Below are positions 1-10,003 of a stretch of 64,000 bases of DNA, piece after piece. This DNA is from an uncultured Saprospiraceae bacterium (GTDB lineage Bacteria > Bacteroidota > Bacteroidia > Chitinophagales > Saprospiraceae): assembly GCA_964479625.1 (NCBI GenBank), contig CAYZMS010000001.1, positions 1,442-65,441 on the forward strand, in the 5' to 3' direction. Numbering within the stretch: the stretch's first letter is position 1; each line of letters opens with the position of its first letter. The translations under genes were made by a program, and so were the position numbers. The notes beneath the pieces are model-generated. The model saw only the letters and a list, made by a program, of their open reading frames with translations. It was not told where the DNA came from and searched no databases.

Positions 1-1
1 C

Positions 2-187
2 GCTGCTCGGTCAGGTACCCTAGGGATAGTTAACAACTTCGGGCAGCTCCTTTGGCAGACCCCCATTGAAATAGGAAAGGGTCAGCAAAGCGAGTATGTC
101 CCGGTAGGTAATCTGCCGGCAGGCCTGTATTTTTTAAGTATTCGGTCGGGTGCAGACTTCGTTAGTCGACCCTTTGTTAAACAGTAG
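2..187 (+). CDS. 3' end of a secreted protein carrying a T9SS C-terminal sorting domain (gene truncated by window start)
   Basis: Frame 2 is open from base 2 to TAG at 185-187. The translation ends ...YVPVGNLPAGLYFLSIRSGADFVSRPFVKQ*, the typical ending of Por-secretion CTDs (LPxGxYxL...). Confidence 0.6.
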   Translation, partial: AARSGTLGIVNNFGQLLWQTPIEIGKGQQSEYVPVGNLPAGLYFLSIRSGADFVSRPFVKQ

Positions 188-207
188 TTCACCTTATTTA
201 GAATAAC

Positions 208-1098
208 ATGCTAACTCATTTTGTATATCGATTTGGGATATTGCTGCTTGCACTTTCCCTGTATGCTTGTCAGCCGGCAAGTACGGAGGAAATACCAGAG
301 CAAAGGGAAAGAGCACCACGGATTATTTCCCTAAGTGGTTTTCTTTCAGAATTACTTTTCGAGTTGGAACAAGGAGCGTATATGGTTGGCCGGGACGTCA
401 CCACCAGTTATCCGCCTGAAGCTTATGCTCTGCCCAATCTTGGGCATATCAGTCAACTTAATCCAGAGGCTATCCTCGAATTGTCTCCCGATTATATTTT
501 CATAGAGGAAGAGCAGGTGGGACAAACAGAAGCCTTGGCGCAGTTGCAACAGTCCGGTATTGAAGTAGTTGCCGTTCCAACTCGCCCAAGCCTCGATAAT
601 GCCCTCCATGCTTCAAAAGTCATTGGTAAGTATCTGGAGGTTCCTGGTTCTGCTGTTCAGATCATGGCACAAAAGATCGAAAAGGATAGCCTAAGGCTTG
701 CAGAACAAATTGCGAACAAGACTACCAAACCCAGCGTACTGTTCATTTATGCTCGCGGTGCGGGCCGCTTAATGGTTGGCGGAAGAAATACAGACGCAGC
801 GGTTATGATCGAAAAAGCAGGTGGAAAAAACGCCATGCAGTCCTTTGATGATTACCGGGTACTTACCGCAGAAGGATTGCTGGAAGCTGCTCCCGAAGTA
901 ATTTTGATGTTCAAGAGTGGACTGGAAAGCCTGGACGGAAAGGCAGGTCTAGCTCAGATTCCGGGTATTCAACAAACCCCAGCCTGGAAAAATGACCGGA
1001 TCATTACTATGGATGGACACTTACTGACGGCTTTTGGTCCAAGGGCTGGGGAAGCTGCTTTAGAGCTGGAAGAAGCCCTGAGGGTTGCCCCTCAATAA
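208..1098 (+). CDS. hmuT: Hemin/iron-complex ABC transporter periplasmic substrate-binding lipoprotein (HmuT/ChuT-like)
   Basis: 296 aa with a lipobox-like signal (LSLYAC). The body resembles the class-2 periplasmic binding fold (RIISLSGFLSELLFEL...GRD...NPEAILELSPDYIF). It is the first gene of a TUV-S-receptor heme cluster. Confidence 0.8.
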   Translation: MLTHFVYRFGILLLALSLYACQPASTEEIPEQRERAPRIISLSGFLSELLFELEQGAYMVGRDVTTSYPPEAYALPNLGHISQLNPEAILELSPDYIFIEEEQVGQTEALAQLQQSGIEVVAVPTRPSLDNALHASKVIGKYLEVPGSAVQIMAQKIEKDSLRLAEQIANKTTKPSVLFIYARGAGRLMVGGRNTDAAVMIEKAGGKNAMQSFDDYRVLTAEGLLEAAPEVILMFKSGLESLDGKAGLAQIPGIQQTPAWKNDRIITMDGHLLTAFGPRAGEAALELEEALRVAPQ

Positions 1099-1131
1099 GC
1101 CGGGATTTTTACAGAATAATTAGTTAGAAAG

Positions 1132-2166
1132 ATGAACGCAGCCATAAAGGATACACTTTTTTCTTTGCCGGTATTAGGGGCATTGCTATTGTTGAGTTTG
1201 TTGAGTGCTTTGTTTTTTGGAGCTTACAGGTTGAGCGCTACGGAGATCCTTCAAACAATTCTCAAGCAGTCGGAAAGTCCTACTTCCTTCTTGATCTTGC
1301 ATATTCGTCTGCCCAGGGTGTTACTGGCTGCATTGGTTGGTGCTGGTCTGGCGATCTCCGGTGCGTCGATCCAGGGTTTGTTCCGCAACCCGCTAGCAGA
1401 CCAAACCCTGATTGGCGTAACCAGCGGAGCAATGCTTTTTGCCGTTACCGCCATTATGTTAATGGGATGGGGTTTACTGGCTTTTCCAGAGGTCGTGGTG
1501 CCCTTTGTAGTAACAGTGGCTGCCTTTGTCGGTGGGCTTTTAACGACTTTCCTAGTGTATCGCTTATCAAAACAAGGTGGTAAAACTAACGTGATGACCA
1601 TGCTCTTGGCAGGAATTGCTATTTCTGCCTTTGCCGCCGCGGCAGCCGGAATATTTATTTACTTGTCGGATGATCAACGCCTTCGGGACATTACCTTTTG
1701 GAGCCTGGGTAGTTTTAATGGTTCGGGTTGGCTACAGTTGATCATTGCTGGCCCTATCATCCTGGGGGGAATCTTGTTGGTATTACCTTATAGTAAAGCC
1801 CTTAATGCTATTCTCCTTGGTGAGGCCGAAGCTCAATACCTGGGGATACGGGTAGAAATAGTGAAGACAAGAGTGATACTGCTGACCGCCCTAATGGTAG
1901 GGGTCAGCATCGCTATGAGTGGTATCATTGGGTTTGTTGGGCTCATTATTCCACACTTTTTACGATTACTTAAAGGAGCAGATTATCGTTATTTACTTAG
2001 AAGCTCCGCTTTAGCCGGTGCCATCTTCCTGGTTGTTACCGATACCCTAAGCCGAACGGTAATTGCACCTGCTGAACTACCCATCGGTATTCTAACCTCC
2101 ATGATCGGGGCACCATTCTTTCTTTGGCTACTGTTGCGAACAAGAAAAGAACACCGTATCACATGA
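1132..2166 (+). CDS. hmuU: FecCD-family ABC permease for hemin/iron complexes
   Basis: 344 aa polytopic membrane protein with FecCD-type motifs (LLGEAEAQYLGIRVE..., GIIGFVGLIIPHFLRLL). Confidence 0.88.
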   Translation: MNAAIKDTLFSLPVLGALLLLSLLSALFFGAYRLSATEILQTILKQSESPTSFLILHIRLPRVLLAALVGAGLAISGASIQGLFRNPLADQTLIGVTSGAMLFAVTAIMLMGWGLLAFPEVVVPFVVTVAAFVGGLLTTFLVYRLSKQGGKTNVMTMLLAGIAISAFAAAAAGIFIYLSDDQRLRDITFWSLGSFNGSGWLQLIIAGPIILGGILLVLPYSKALNAILLGEAEAQYLGIRVEIVKTRVILLTALMVGVSIAMSGIIGFVGLIIPHFLRLLKGADYRYLLRSSALAGAIFLVVTDTLSRTVIAPAELPIGILTSMIGAPFFLWLLLRTRKEHRIT

Positions 2167-3008
2167 TCGATGTACAAGCCATATCAGTTGAGAAGGGAAA
2201 AAAACGTATCGTTAAGCAGGTCAGCTTCAAGATTCGACCCGGTCAAATCTCTGTTGTCTTGGGTAAAAATGGCGCTGGTAAGTCTTCTTTGATGGAAGTG
2301 CTTACAGGGCTTTATCCGCCAAGTGAAGGTAGGATAAAGTGGGAAGGTATAGCCCTAAAGACAATGGATTTGAGTAAACTGGCCAAGCGTCGAGCTGTTC
2401 TGTCGCAACAGGTACAAGTGGCCTTCGCCCTTAGGGTGCAGGAATTACTGGAAATGGGTACTTATGTGACCCAACAACCCTTAAGGCCTCTATACACCAA
2501 AAGGCTAATCGAAGAGGCATTGGAGGAAGTTCGACTTCCCGGTATCGAAAAGCGGTTTTTTCACACCCTTTCCGGAGGAGAGCAAAAGCGGGTTCTTCTA
2601 GCCAAATGTATTGTTCAACTAAACGCATGTTCCGATGCAGCGTATACGAAATACCTTTTCCTGGACGAGCCTACGGCCGGTCTGGATATCGAACAACAGT
2701 GCCATTTTATTGGGATTATAAAGGATTGGGTCAAAAAACGGGGAGCAGGGGTCTTCACTATTTTGCACGATATAAATCTGGCTGCACAAGTAGCCGATGA
2801 GATCATCCTTTTAAAAGAAGGGGTTTTGATCGATAAGGGGAGCCCAGAAGAGGTCTTAAATTCTGCGCTAATAGAAAAGGTGTTTGATATTCAAGCAATT
2901 GTAAGGCCTCATCCCGTATTGGGTTCTCCGCATATTATCCCTTTGCCCAGGTCACTGGGCAGGCAGGTGGGGCAATTATCACTGGACGTTCAAAATCAGT
3001 CAATATGA
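2163..3008 (+). CDS. hmuV: Hemin ABC transporter ATP-binding protein
   Basis: Walker A GKNGAGKSS, ABC signature LSGGEQKRV and Walker B LFLDEPTAGLD. ATG at 2163 overlaps the hmuU stop (ATGA at 2163-2166). The track start at 2124 is probably too far upstream. Confidence 0.88.
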   Translation: MIDVQAISVEKGKKRIVKQVSFKIRPGQISVVLGKNGAGKSSLMEVLTGLYPPSEGRIKWEGIALKTMDLSKLAKRRAVLSQQVQVAFALRVQELLEMGTYVTQQPLRPLYTKRLIEEALEEVRLPGIEKRFFHTLSGGEQKRVLLAKCIVQLNACSDAAYTKYLFLDEPTAGLDIEQQCHFIGIIKDWVKKRGAGVFTILHDINLAAQVADEIILLKEGVLIDKGSPEEVLNSALIEKVFDIQAIVRPHPVLGSPHIIPLPRSLGRQVGQLSLDVQNQSI

Positions 3009-4093
3009 AGAACATTTATCAACTAAGACGACAACTGGCGGAGTTGAAATCAACAGAACCCAGATTACGGAATCGGGACCTGGCTGGTCGACTGAGCATC
3101 AGTGAGGCCGAATTACTGAGCCTCCACTTGGGTGAAGGAGTAACCTTGCTACAAACCGATACCACCCCGGATAAGGTCAACTGGAAAGCCCTTATCTCTT
3201 CAATTCATGAAATGGGCTATGTAATGGCCCTGACCCGTAATGAGCATTGCGTGCATGAACGCAAAGGGGTATATGATAATATCGAATTCTACCAGGGCGC
3301 TCATAATATGGGAGTAGCAGTGAATCCTGATATTGACCTGCGCTTTTTTATGAATGAATGGTTGTATGGTCTGGCCGTTGAAATGCCGAGAGGCAATACC
3401 AATCTTTATTCTTTTCAATTTTTCAACAGTCGGGGGGAAGCCGTACACAAGATCTTTTCGACCTCTAAGTCGAATATAGAAGCTTATCATCGACTTGTCG
3501 AACGCTTCAAAGCAAAGGAGCAGTTGCCCTTGACAGATGTTGACCCTTCCCCATATGCACGGAAAACCCAAACTCCCGATAGGGCAATAGATATTATCGG
3601 GTTTCAGGATGCCTGGCTCAACCTGAAAGATACGCACGACTTCTTCGGGATGTTACGAAAATATAAGGTATCCCGCACTCAGGGCTTGCGGTTAGCACCT
3701 GAAGGGTTTACGGAAAAGGTGGACAATAAATCAGTGATTCGAATGCTGGAACTGGCTGCAGAGCGGGAAGTATCCATAATGTGTTTCCTGCATAGCCGGG
3801 GTTGTGTCCAGATCCATAGTGGTCCTGTCAAAAACCTCAACGCCTATGGCGATTGGTATAACGTAATGGATCCCAAGTTCAATTTACACCTTAATATGCA
3901 GGGCGTTGCGGATACCTGGATCGTCAAAAAGCCGACCTCTGATGGTATCGTGACCAGTCTGGAGCTGTTCGATGCGGAGGGCAACCTGATCGTTTATTTC
4001 TTTGGTGCCCGAAAACCGGGAATCCCAGAGTTGGAAAGCTGGCGGGAGGTAGTCCGGGATTTAAAAGAGGTACCTCAACAGACAGAAATGTAG
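3005..4093 (+). CDS. hemS: HemS/ChuS/HmuS-family hemin-degrading / heme-chaperone protein
   Basis: 362 aa, the size and two-half layout of the HemS/ChuX family. ATGA overlap with the hmuV stop (3005-3008). Sits between heme ABC genes and a TonB receptor. Confidence 0.8.
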   Translation: MKNIYQLRRQLAELKSTEPRLRNRDLAGRLSISEAELLSLHLGEGVTLLQTDTTPDKVNWKALISSIHEMGYVMALTRNEHCVHERKGVYDNIEFYQGAHNMGVAVNPDIDLRFFMNEWLYGLAVEMPRGNTNLYSFQFFNSRGEAVHKIFSTSKSNIEAYHRLVERFKAKEQLPLTDVDPSPYARKTQTPDRAIDIIGFQDAWLNLKDTHDFFGMLRKYKVSRTQGLRLAPEGFTEKVDNKSVIRMLELAAEREVSIMCFLHSRGCVQIHSGPVKNLNAYGDWYNVMDPKFNLHLNMQGVADTWIVKKPTSDGIVTSLELFDAEGNLIVYFFGARKPGIPELESWREVVRDLKEVPQQTEM

Positions 4094-4114
4094 GTCTGTT
4101 TCAAAAAAGAAGAA

Positions 4115-6184
4115 ATGGTTTTTTTTAGAGCCTTGGTATTATTAAGCCTTGGGCTATGGGTAACCTATTGCCCTATTAAAGCGCAATCTGTAGATTCCGT
4201 TTGGCGTTATGTGAATCTGGAAGATGTGGTGGTGACCGCTCAATATGCCCCGACAGATTCGAGGAATGCCCTTTACCGTGTACAAATTCTCAAGAAAGAA
4301 GAAATACAACGGCAAGGGCAGTATAATCTGGCAGATTTGTTGAGTAATCAGTTGAACATGCAGGTCAATCCGGATCCTATCCTCGGTAGCGGCCTGCAAA
4401 TGCAAGGCATTGGAGGGCAGAACATCCAGATAATGATCGATGGTGTTCCTGTTATCGGCCGTCTAGGAGGTAATATTGACTTGTCTCAGATCAACCTGGC
4501 CGATATAGAGCGGGTAGAGATCATCGAGGGGGCAATGTCTGCTCAATATGGAAGTAATGCCTCTGGGGGAGTGATCAATCTGATCTCCAAAAAGTCGCAA
4601 TTGGAAGGGTTTAGGGTGGAAAGCCAAAATCAGTATGAAACCGTAGGTATCTGGAATAATGCACTAAGCCTTGGAGCTTCATTGGAGAAGCTTTATGTGG
4701 GTCTGACGGGAAGCAGGGCTGAATTTCAGTTTGAAGATGAAGAAGCCCTACGGGAGTATGAAACTAATGAAACAGCGGATGGCAATACCTTCCGTACTCG
4801 GGTAAACCCCTGGAACCCCAAATTACAGTATGGTTTAAATGGAACTCTAGCTTACCGCTTTTCAGATTCCCTGAAAGCTACTTACCAATACCGCCATTTT
4901 GATGAAACCTTGCAGATTTATGGGGAGCGGAGGCGCCCCCAATTTGAGCCTTATGCCTTTGATGAAACCTTTGTCACTAAACGGCAGGATCATAACCTGC
5001 AGTTGGAAGGCTACCTCAATAAAACCATTTACCTGAATACCAGTACTGCTTTTAATACCTTTCACCGCAGGAATTGGATGGAGCGACTGGAATTTGAAAG
5101 TGGATCCCGAAGGCAGCTGAATGGCAGTCAGGATACCACCGAATTTACCGGGCTTTTGCATCGAACAAGCCTCAGTACTACAAAAGACAGTCGTTTAAAT
5201 GGAACCTTGGGTCTAGAGTACCTACACGAAACGGGAGCAGGGGACCGGATCATCGATAGCACTAGTAATCCTGTCAATACGTCGCAACTCACCAATTACG
5301 CCATTTGGCTAGGTAGTTTATATGATTTTGGTGGTGGCTTGGAAGCTGCTGCGAATGTGCGAATCGGTTACAACAGTAGGTTCGATCACCCGGTGGTGCC
5401 ATCTGCTCATCTGAAGTACCAGCCAAACCAGAATTGGAGGCTCCGTTTTAGTGCTGCCAGGGGCTTTCGAGCACCAAGCTTGAAGGAATTGTACAATAGT
5501 TTTATTGATGTTAACCATTTTATTGTAGGAAATTCAAGCCTGAAACCTGAGAAATCCCTCAACTTCTCTATTTCTGTAGAGCACGATCTGTTATCGGCCT
5601 CTTCCCATACTTTGACCAGCGAGGTGGTCCTATTTTACAATTCGATAGAAGATCGTATTGTCCTCGCTGAGTTTGAACCCGCTCGCTTCAATTATCAAAA
5701 TCTGGATCGGTTCAAGACCAATGGAATTAACCTGGGATTGGAATACCGAAATCCTTCAGGGCTAAAACTGAAAGGAGGAATGGCATATACCCGCTTATTC
5801 AATAATCTTTCCGAAACGTACGATACGGATACCTATACCGGTTTATTCGAGTTGCAAAGCGAATTATTGGTGCCTTTCTGGACTCTGGACTTCAATCTAA
5901 CCCATCACTACTTTGGCCGGCAATTGCGTTATTTCGAAAATGCAGAAGGACAACTGGCAGAAGGCTTCATCGGAGCCTATCACTTATTGAATGCTTCACT
6001 AAGTCGGACTTTTTGGGAACAGCGAATATTCCTATCACTCGGGGCAAAAAATATTCTGAACACCGAGTCTATTCCCGTAAGCGGTCAAGTGGGTGGGGGA
6101 GCTCATGCCTCCTCTAACAACTCCCGGCTAATAGGGTGGGGCAGAAGTTTTTTTATAAAAGTAGATTTGCGATTTGTTGATTGA
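4115..6184 (+). CDS. TonB-dependent outer-membrane receptor, probably for heme/hemoprotein
   Basis: 689 aa with a signal peptide ending IKAQ, a TonB-box-like EDVVVTA, plug motifs (IERVEIIEGAMSAQYGSNASGGVINL) and the barrel motif RGFRAPSLKELY. Lies 21 nt after hemS. Confidence 0.85.
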   Translation: MVFFRALVLLSLGLWVTYCPIKAQSVDSVWRYVNLEDVVVTAQYAPTDSRNALYRVQILKKEEIQRQGQYNLADLLSNQLNMQVNPDPILGSGLQMQGIGGQNIQIMIDGVPVIGRLGGNIDLSQINLADIERVEIIEGAMSAQYGSNASGGVINLISKKSQLEGFRVESQNQYETVGIWNNALSLGASLEKLYVGLTGSRAEFQFEDEEALREYETNETADGNTFRTRVNPWNPKLQYGLNGTLAYRFSDSLKATYQYRHFDETLQIYGERRRPQFEPYAFDETFVTKRQDHNLQLEGYLNKTIYLNTSTAFNTFHRRNWMERLEFESGSRRQLNGSQDTTEFTGLLHRTSLSTTKDSRLNGTLGLEYLHETGAGDRIIDSTSNPVNTSQLTNYAIWLGSLYDFGGGLEAAANVRIGYNSRFDHPVVPSAHLKYQPNQNWRLRFSAARGFRAPSLKELYNSFIDVNHFIVGNSSLKPEKSLNFSISVEHDLLSASSHTLTSEVVLFYNSIEDRIVLAEFEPARFNYQNLDRFKTNGINLGLEYRNPSGLKLKGGMAYTRLFNNLSETYDTDTYTGLFELQSELLVPFWTLDFNLTHHYFGRQLRYFENAEGQLAEGFIGAYHLLNASLSRTFWEQRIFLSLGAKNILNTESIPVSGQVGGGAHASSNNSRLIGWGRSFFIKVDLRFVD

Positions 6185-6606
6185 GTCTTTTATACCTTTT
6201 CCCACCCGTTCTTCCGGCTTCCCTTTGTGGTTAAAAGTTGTTTCCTATTCCTAAAGAAGTAGAAAAACGATCCGAAAAAGCAGTACAAATGTTAAAAAAA
6301 TAAATACATACGGGAGATATTGCCACTTTCAAAGAAGTTCAAAAATCAGAAAAAGAGTCAACGTGCTTGGTTAAAAGCATGAAAATCATAGAGTTAAGCT
6401 TTTTTAGATTTAATTGGCGAATCCAGAGGAGATCAAAAAAGTACTTCAGGTAGGGAAAAAAATAGTTGACATTTGTATTGTCAGCGGGAAGAAAAAGATC
6501 CAACCGGTTAAATAAGAAACATCAACTATTCAATAAAGATTTTCCAGGATGTCGAAAGAGATATCCTGTTTGGTATGTAGATAGCCTCTCAAAGCTCTTT
6601 TGAATA

Positions 6607-6634
6607 CCGGTTAGGTTTCCTAGCCGGTTTTTTT
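6607..6634 (+). terminator. Rho-independent terminator-like hairpin with a T7 run in a long noncoding gap
   Basis: ccggttagg-ttt-cctagccgg forms a 9-bp stem with one G-U pair, followed by ttttttt. It lies about 420 nt downstream of the receptor stop. Confidence 0.5.
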
Positions 6635-6707
6635 ATTTGTACCTTCGACTGCAAAATACATTTAATCGCCGCAATATTCAAGTCTAATCCGGTAAATTTC
6701 CAAAAGA

Positions 6708-7385
6708 ATGAACAGGCATTTGCTCGCTCCTTCCCTGTTGGCAGCTGACTTTAGCCGCCTTTCGGAGGAGGTACAACTGGTTAATGAAAGCCAAGCGGAT
6801 TGGTTGCATCTGGATGTGATGGATGGTCGCTTTGTCCCCAATATCTCCTTTGGCCCTTTTATAATTGAAGCTATACGGACCTTAACCAGCAAACCGCTGG
6901 ACGTTCATTTGATGATCGAAGAACCAGAGCGGTATATTGACCTCTTTCGCAAAGCTGGTGCTGATGTGATCACCGTTCACTACGAAGCTTGCCCCCATTT
7001 ACACAGGGTATTGCAGCAAATTCGGGAATCGGGCGCTAAGGCTGGAGTAGCCATTAACCCGCATACCCCGCCGGAAGTCCTGGAGGACGTGCTCGAATCT
7101 ATGGATCTGGCATTGGTGATGTCGGTTAATCCAGGCTTTGGCGGGCAACAGTTTATTTATCGAACCATTCCCAAATTGCGCAGATTAAAGGCGATGATCG
7201 AAATCCAGAATGCTGCTGTGCAAATTGAGGTGGACGGTGGTGTAGGTTTGCAAAATGCAGAAGCTATTTTACAAGCAGGAACTGATGTACTCGTCGCGGG
7301 CAGCAGTGTTTTTAAGTCAGAAGATCCACAAAAAGCCATTCAGTCCTTTAAAGACATTGGTGCCAATACCGGACGGTTTTTATAG
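6708..7385 (+). CDS. rpe: Ribulose-phosphate 3-epimerase
   Basis: 225 aa with LAPSLLAADFSRL, HLDVMDGRFVPNISFGP, MSVNPGFGGQQFI and EVDGGV motifs. Confidence 0.95.
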   Translation: MNRHLLAPSLLAADFSRLSEEVQLVNESQADWLHLDVMDGRFVPNISFGPFIIEAIRTLTSKPLDVHLMIEEPERYIDLFRKAGADVITVHYEACPHLHRVLQQIRESGAKAGVAINPHTPPEVLEDVLESMDLALVMSVNPGFGGQQFIYRTIPKLRRLKAMIEIQNAAVQIEVDGGVGLQNAEAILQAGTDVLVAGSSVFKSEDPQKAIQSFKDIGANTGRFL

Positions 7386-7460
7386 GTACCTTGCTATACT
7401 TTTCTTTTGATTTTGCTGTTTTCTCCTTGTTGAAACTCACCGCCGGGAAACCACCGGCCA

Positions 7461-9998
7461 ATGCTTGTGCGAATGAGATCATATTTCCTTGCATTTTTCC
7501 TTTTTTTTCTGAGCGGATCGGTATTTACCCAGGAAGCAGTGATCACTGGTTTGGTTACGGATGCTGTAACCGAATCCCCGATTGAGCTGGCGCTGGTGTA
7601 TGTACAGGATTCGAATCAGGTGGTGGAGACCGCTGTAAACGGGCGTTATAGTATAGAGGTGCCTGCTGAGACACTATTGGTGATCATCTTTTCCCGTATT
7701 GGATATAAAGAGGCTCGGGTAGAAGTAGCGCCCATGCCCTTTGGGAGCAGCCGGCAACTGGATGTGGCTCTGGCTCCAAGCAACAGCGACCTGGAGGTGG
7801 TAGTACGTGGAAGTAAGCTCGAAGAAAGCGGAATGATCCGCGAGGAGTTGGAACAATTCAAATTGATCCCGACAACAACAGGTAATCTGGAGAGCCTGCT
7901 GCCCTCTATTGCCCTGGGCGTAAGTGGAGGTACCGGTGGAGAGTTGAGCTCTCAGTACCAGGTCCGTGGAGGTAATTACGACGAAAACCTGGTTTATGTT
8001 AATGACTTCGAGATCTACCGCCCCCAGCTTATCCGGGCAGGCCAGCAGGAAGGGCTGAGTTTTGCCAATATAGACCTGGTCCGAAATTTATCTTTCTCCT
8101 CCGGTGGCTTTGAAGCCCGCTACGGGGACAAGCTTTCCTCTGTTCTTGATATTAAGTATAAAAGACCCGACAGTCTTCGGGCTTCCCTTGGAGCAAGCTT
8201 TCTGGGGGGGTCTGCTCATGTGGAAGGAGCCATGAAGGTTGGCAGGGACGAGTATCGAAAATTTCGTTATTTGGCAGGTGTTCGTTATAAAACGACCCGC
8301 TATTTATTGGGTAGCCTCGATGTAGAAGGAGAATACATACCGAATTTTACGGATTTCCAGACCTATTTGACTTATGATCTCAGCCGGGACTTTCAATTGG
8401 CCTTCCTAGGCAATTACAACCGGGCTGTTTATGATTTTCAACCTACAGAACGCAACACAGGTCTTGGATTGATCGACTTTGCCCTGCAGTTGAACAGTGT
8501 GTTCCAGGGGCAGGAAACCGACGATTTTACCCAGGCCATGGGAGGCCTTTCCCTAACCTATTTGCCCGAGCGGGATAAAAACCCGCTTTTTTTGAAATTC
8601 CTGGCTTCTACCTACCGCTCCGATGAAAATGAACGCTTCGATATTATCGGGCGATATAGCCTCAGACAAATCGAAAGTGGGTTGGGGAGCGATGATTTTG
8701 GAGAGGTGTTGGCAGAACTGGGGGCCGGGACCCAACATGAGTACGTTCGAAACTTCCTGGACCTTCAGGTGAGCAACCTGGAACTACGCGGTGGGGTCGA
8801 ACTACAGGGAGACCCTCCTTCCAATATCACCAAAACCCATTTTCTACAGTGGAGCGCTAAATACCAACGAGAAGAAATTGACGACCAGATCAACGAATGG
8901 GAACGCCTTGATTCAGCTGGTTACAGCCTTCCTTACGACCCGGAACAGGTGCTTGTATTTGATGTGCTGAAATCCAATAACCAATTGAACTCTAACCGCT
9001 TTTCTACCTTTTTTCAGGATACTTATACCTGGCGGGATGACGATAAGGCAGAATGGCGGATTTCGGCAGGTGTTCGGGCTACCTATTGGGACCTGAACGA
9101 AGAACTGGTGATCAGCCCAAGGGCCCAGTTACTTTTCAAGCCACTGGGTGGGAAAGCCGATATTTCCTACCGACTGGCAGGGGGGCTTTATGCTCAACCT
9201 CCTTTCTATCGGGAAATGCGCCGTCCGGATGGTACGGTAAACACCGATCTGAAGTCCCAAAAATCTTTTCATATCGTTGGGGGGATGACCTGGGATTTCT
9301 ACTTTGGAAAGAATAACCCCAAAAAATTCCGCTTTATCGCGGAGGCCTATTACAAAAAACTTTGGGACCTGGTATCCTACGATATCGAGAACGTCCGTAT
9401 TCGTTATTCAGGAGAAAATGATGCTACCGGGTACGTAACGGGTATAGATATGCGGTTAAACGGCGAATTTGTACCCGGAGCAGAATCCTGGATCAACCTA
9501 TCCTTTTTGCGGGCTCGCGAAGCCCTGGACGGGGTGCAGCATTTGGTACGAGAAGTAGGAGAAGAGGAAGGGACCCCGGTGGATGATGTTCCCCGCCCAA
9601 CAGACCAGTTCATGACCCTTTCCATTTTCTTCCAGGATTACCTGCCCCAGAACGAAAACTTTAAAATGAACCTCAACTTTACCCTGGGTACAGGGCTTCC
9701 GTTCGGTATTCCCGAAAACAATACCATTTACCGGAATACCTATCGGTTTGATCCCTATCACCGGGTGGATATCGGCTTTGCCTGGCAGATGTGGGATGCA
9801 TCCCGCAGAGCGGAAAATCCCAACCATATTTTGGGGTTCTCCCGAGCCAGTTGGCTTAGCCTGGAGGTCTTCAATCTATTACAGGTGCAAAACCAGGCCG
9901 GGAATACATGGATAAAAACTATTTTCGAGCAGCAATATGCCATTCCTAATTATCTTACTTCCAGGAGGATTAACCTCCGGTTAAGGTTTGAGTTTTAG
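7461..9998 (+). CDS. TonB-dependent receptor-like outer-membrane protein with an N-terminal CarboxypepD_reg-like domain
   Basis: 845 aa. Signal peptide, then ITGLVTDAVTESPIELALVYV... (carboxypeptidase-regulatory-like fold), a plug-like region (YQVRGGNYDENLVYVNDFEIY) and a long beta-rich C-terminus ending RLRFEF. Confidence 0.75.
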   Translation: MLVRMRSYFLAFFLFFLSGSVFTQEAVITGLVTDAVTESPIELALVYVQDSNQVVETAVNGRYSIEVPAETLLVIIFSRIGYKEARVEVAPMPFGSSRQLDVALAPSNSDLEVVVRGSKLEESGMIREELEQFKLIPTTTGNLESLLPSIALGVSGGTGGELSSQYQVRGGNYDENLVYVNDFEIYRPQLIRAGQQEGLSFANIDLVRNLSFSSGGFEARYGDKLSSVLDIKYKRPDSLRASLGASFLGGSAHVEGAMKVGRDEYRKFRYLAGVRYKTTRYLLGSLDVEGEYIPNFTDFQTYLTYDLSRDFQLAFLGNYNRAVYDFQPTERNTGLGLIDFALQLNSVFQGQETDDFTQAMGGLSLTYLPERDKNPLFLKFLASTYRSDENERFDIIGRYSLRQIESGLGSDDFGEVLAELGAGTQHEYVRNFLDLQVSNLELRGGVELQGDPPSNITKTHFLQWSAKYQREEIDDQINEWERLDSAGYSLPYDPEQVLVFDVLKSNNQLNSNRFSTFFQDTYTWRDDDKAEWRISAGVRATYWDLNEELVISPRAQLLFKPLGGKADISYRLAGGLYAQPPFYREMRRPDGTVNTDLKSQKSFHIVGGMTWDFYFGKNNPKKFRFIAEAYYKKLWDLVSYDIENVRIRYSGENDATGYVTGIDMRLNGEFVPGAESWINLSFLRAREALDGVQHLVREVGEEEGTPVDDVPRPTDQFMTLSIFFQDYLPQNENFKMNLNFTLGTGLPFGIPENNTIYRNTYRFDPYHRVDIGFAWQMWDASRRAENPNHILGFSRASWLSLEVFNLLQVQNQAGNTWIKTIFEQQYAIPNYLTSRRINLRLRFEF

Positions 9999-10003
9999 AT
10001 ATT

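Noticed and set aside
7391-7585. 64-aa ORF overlapping the start of the second TonB-type receptor
   Set aside because: It is in a different frame across the receptor's signal-peptide region and has no independent support.
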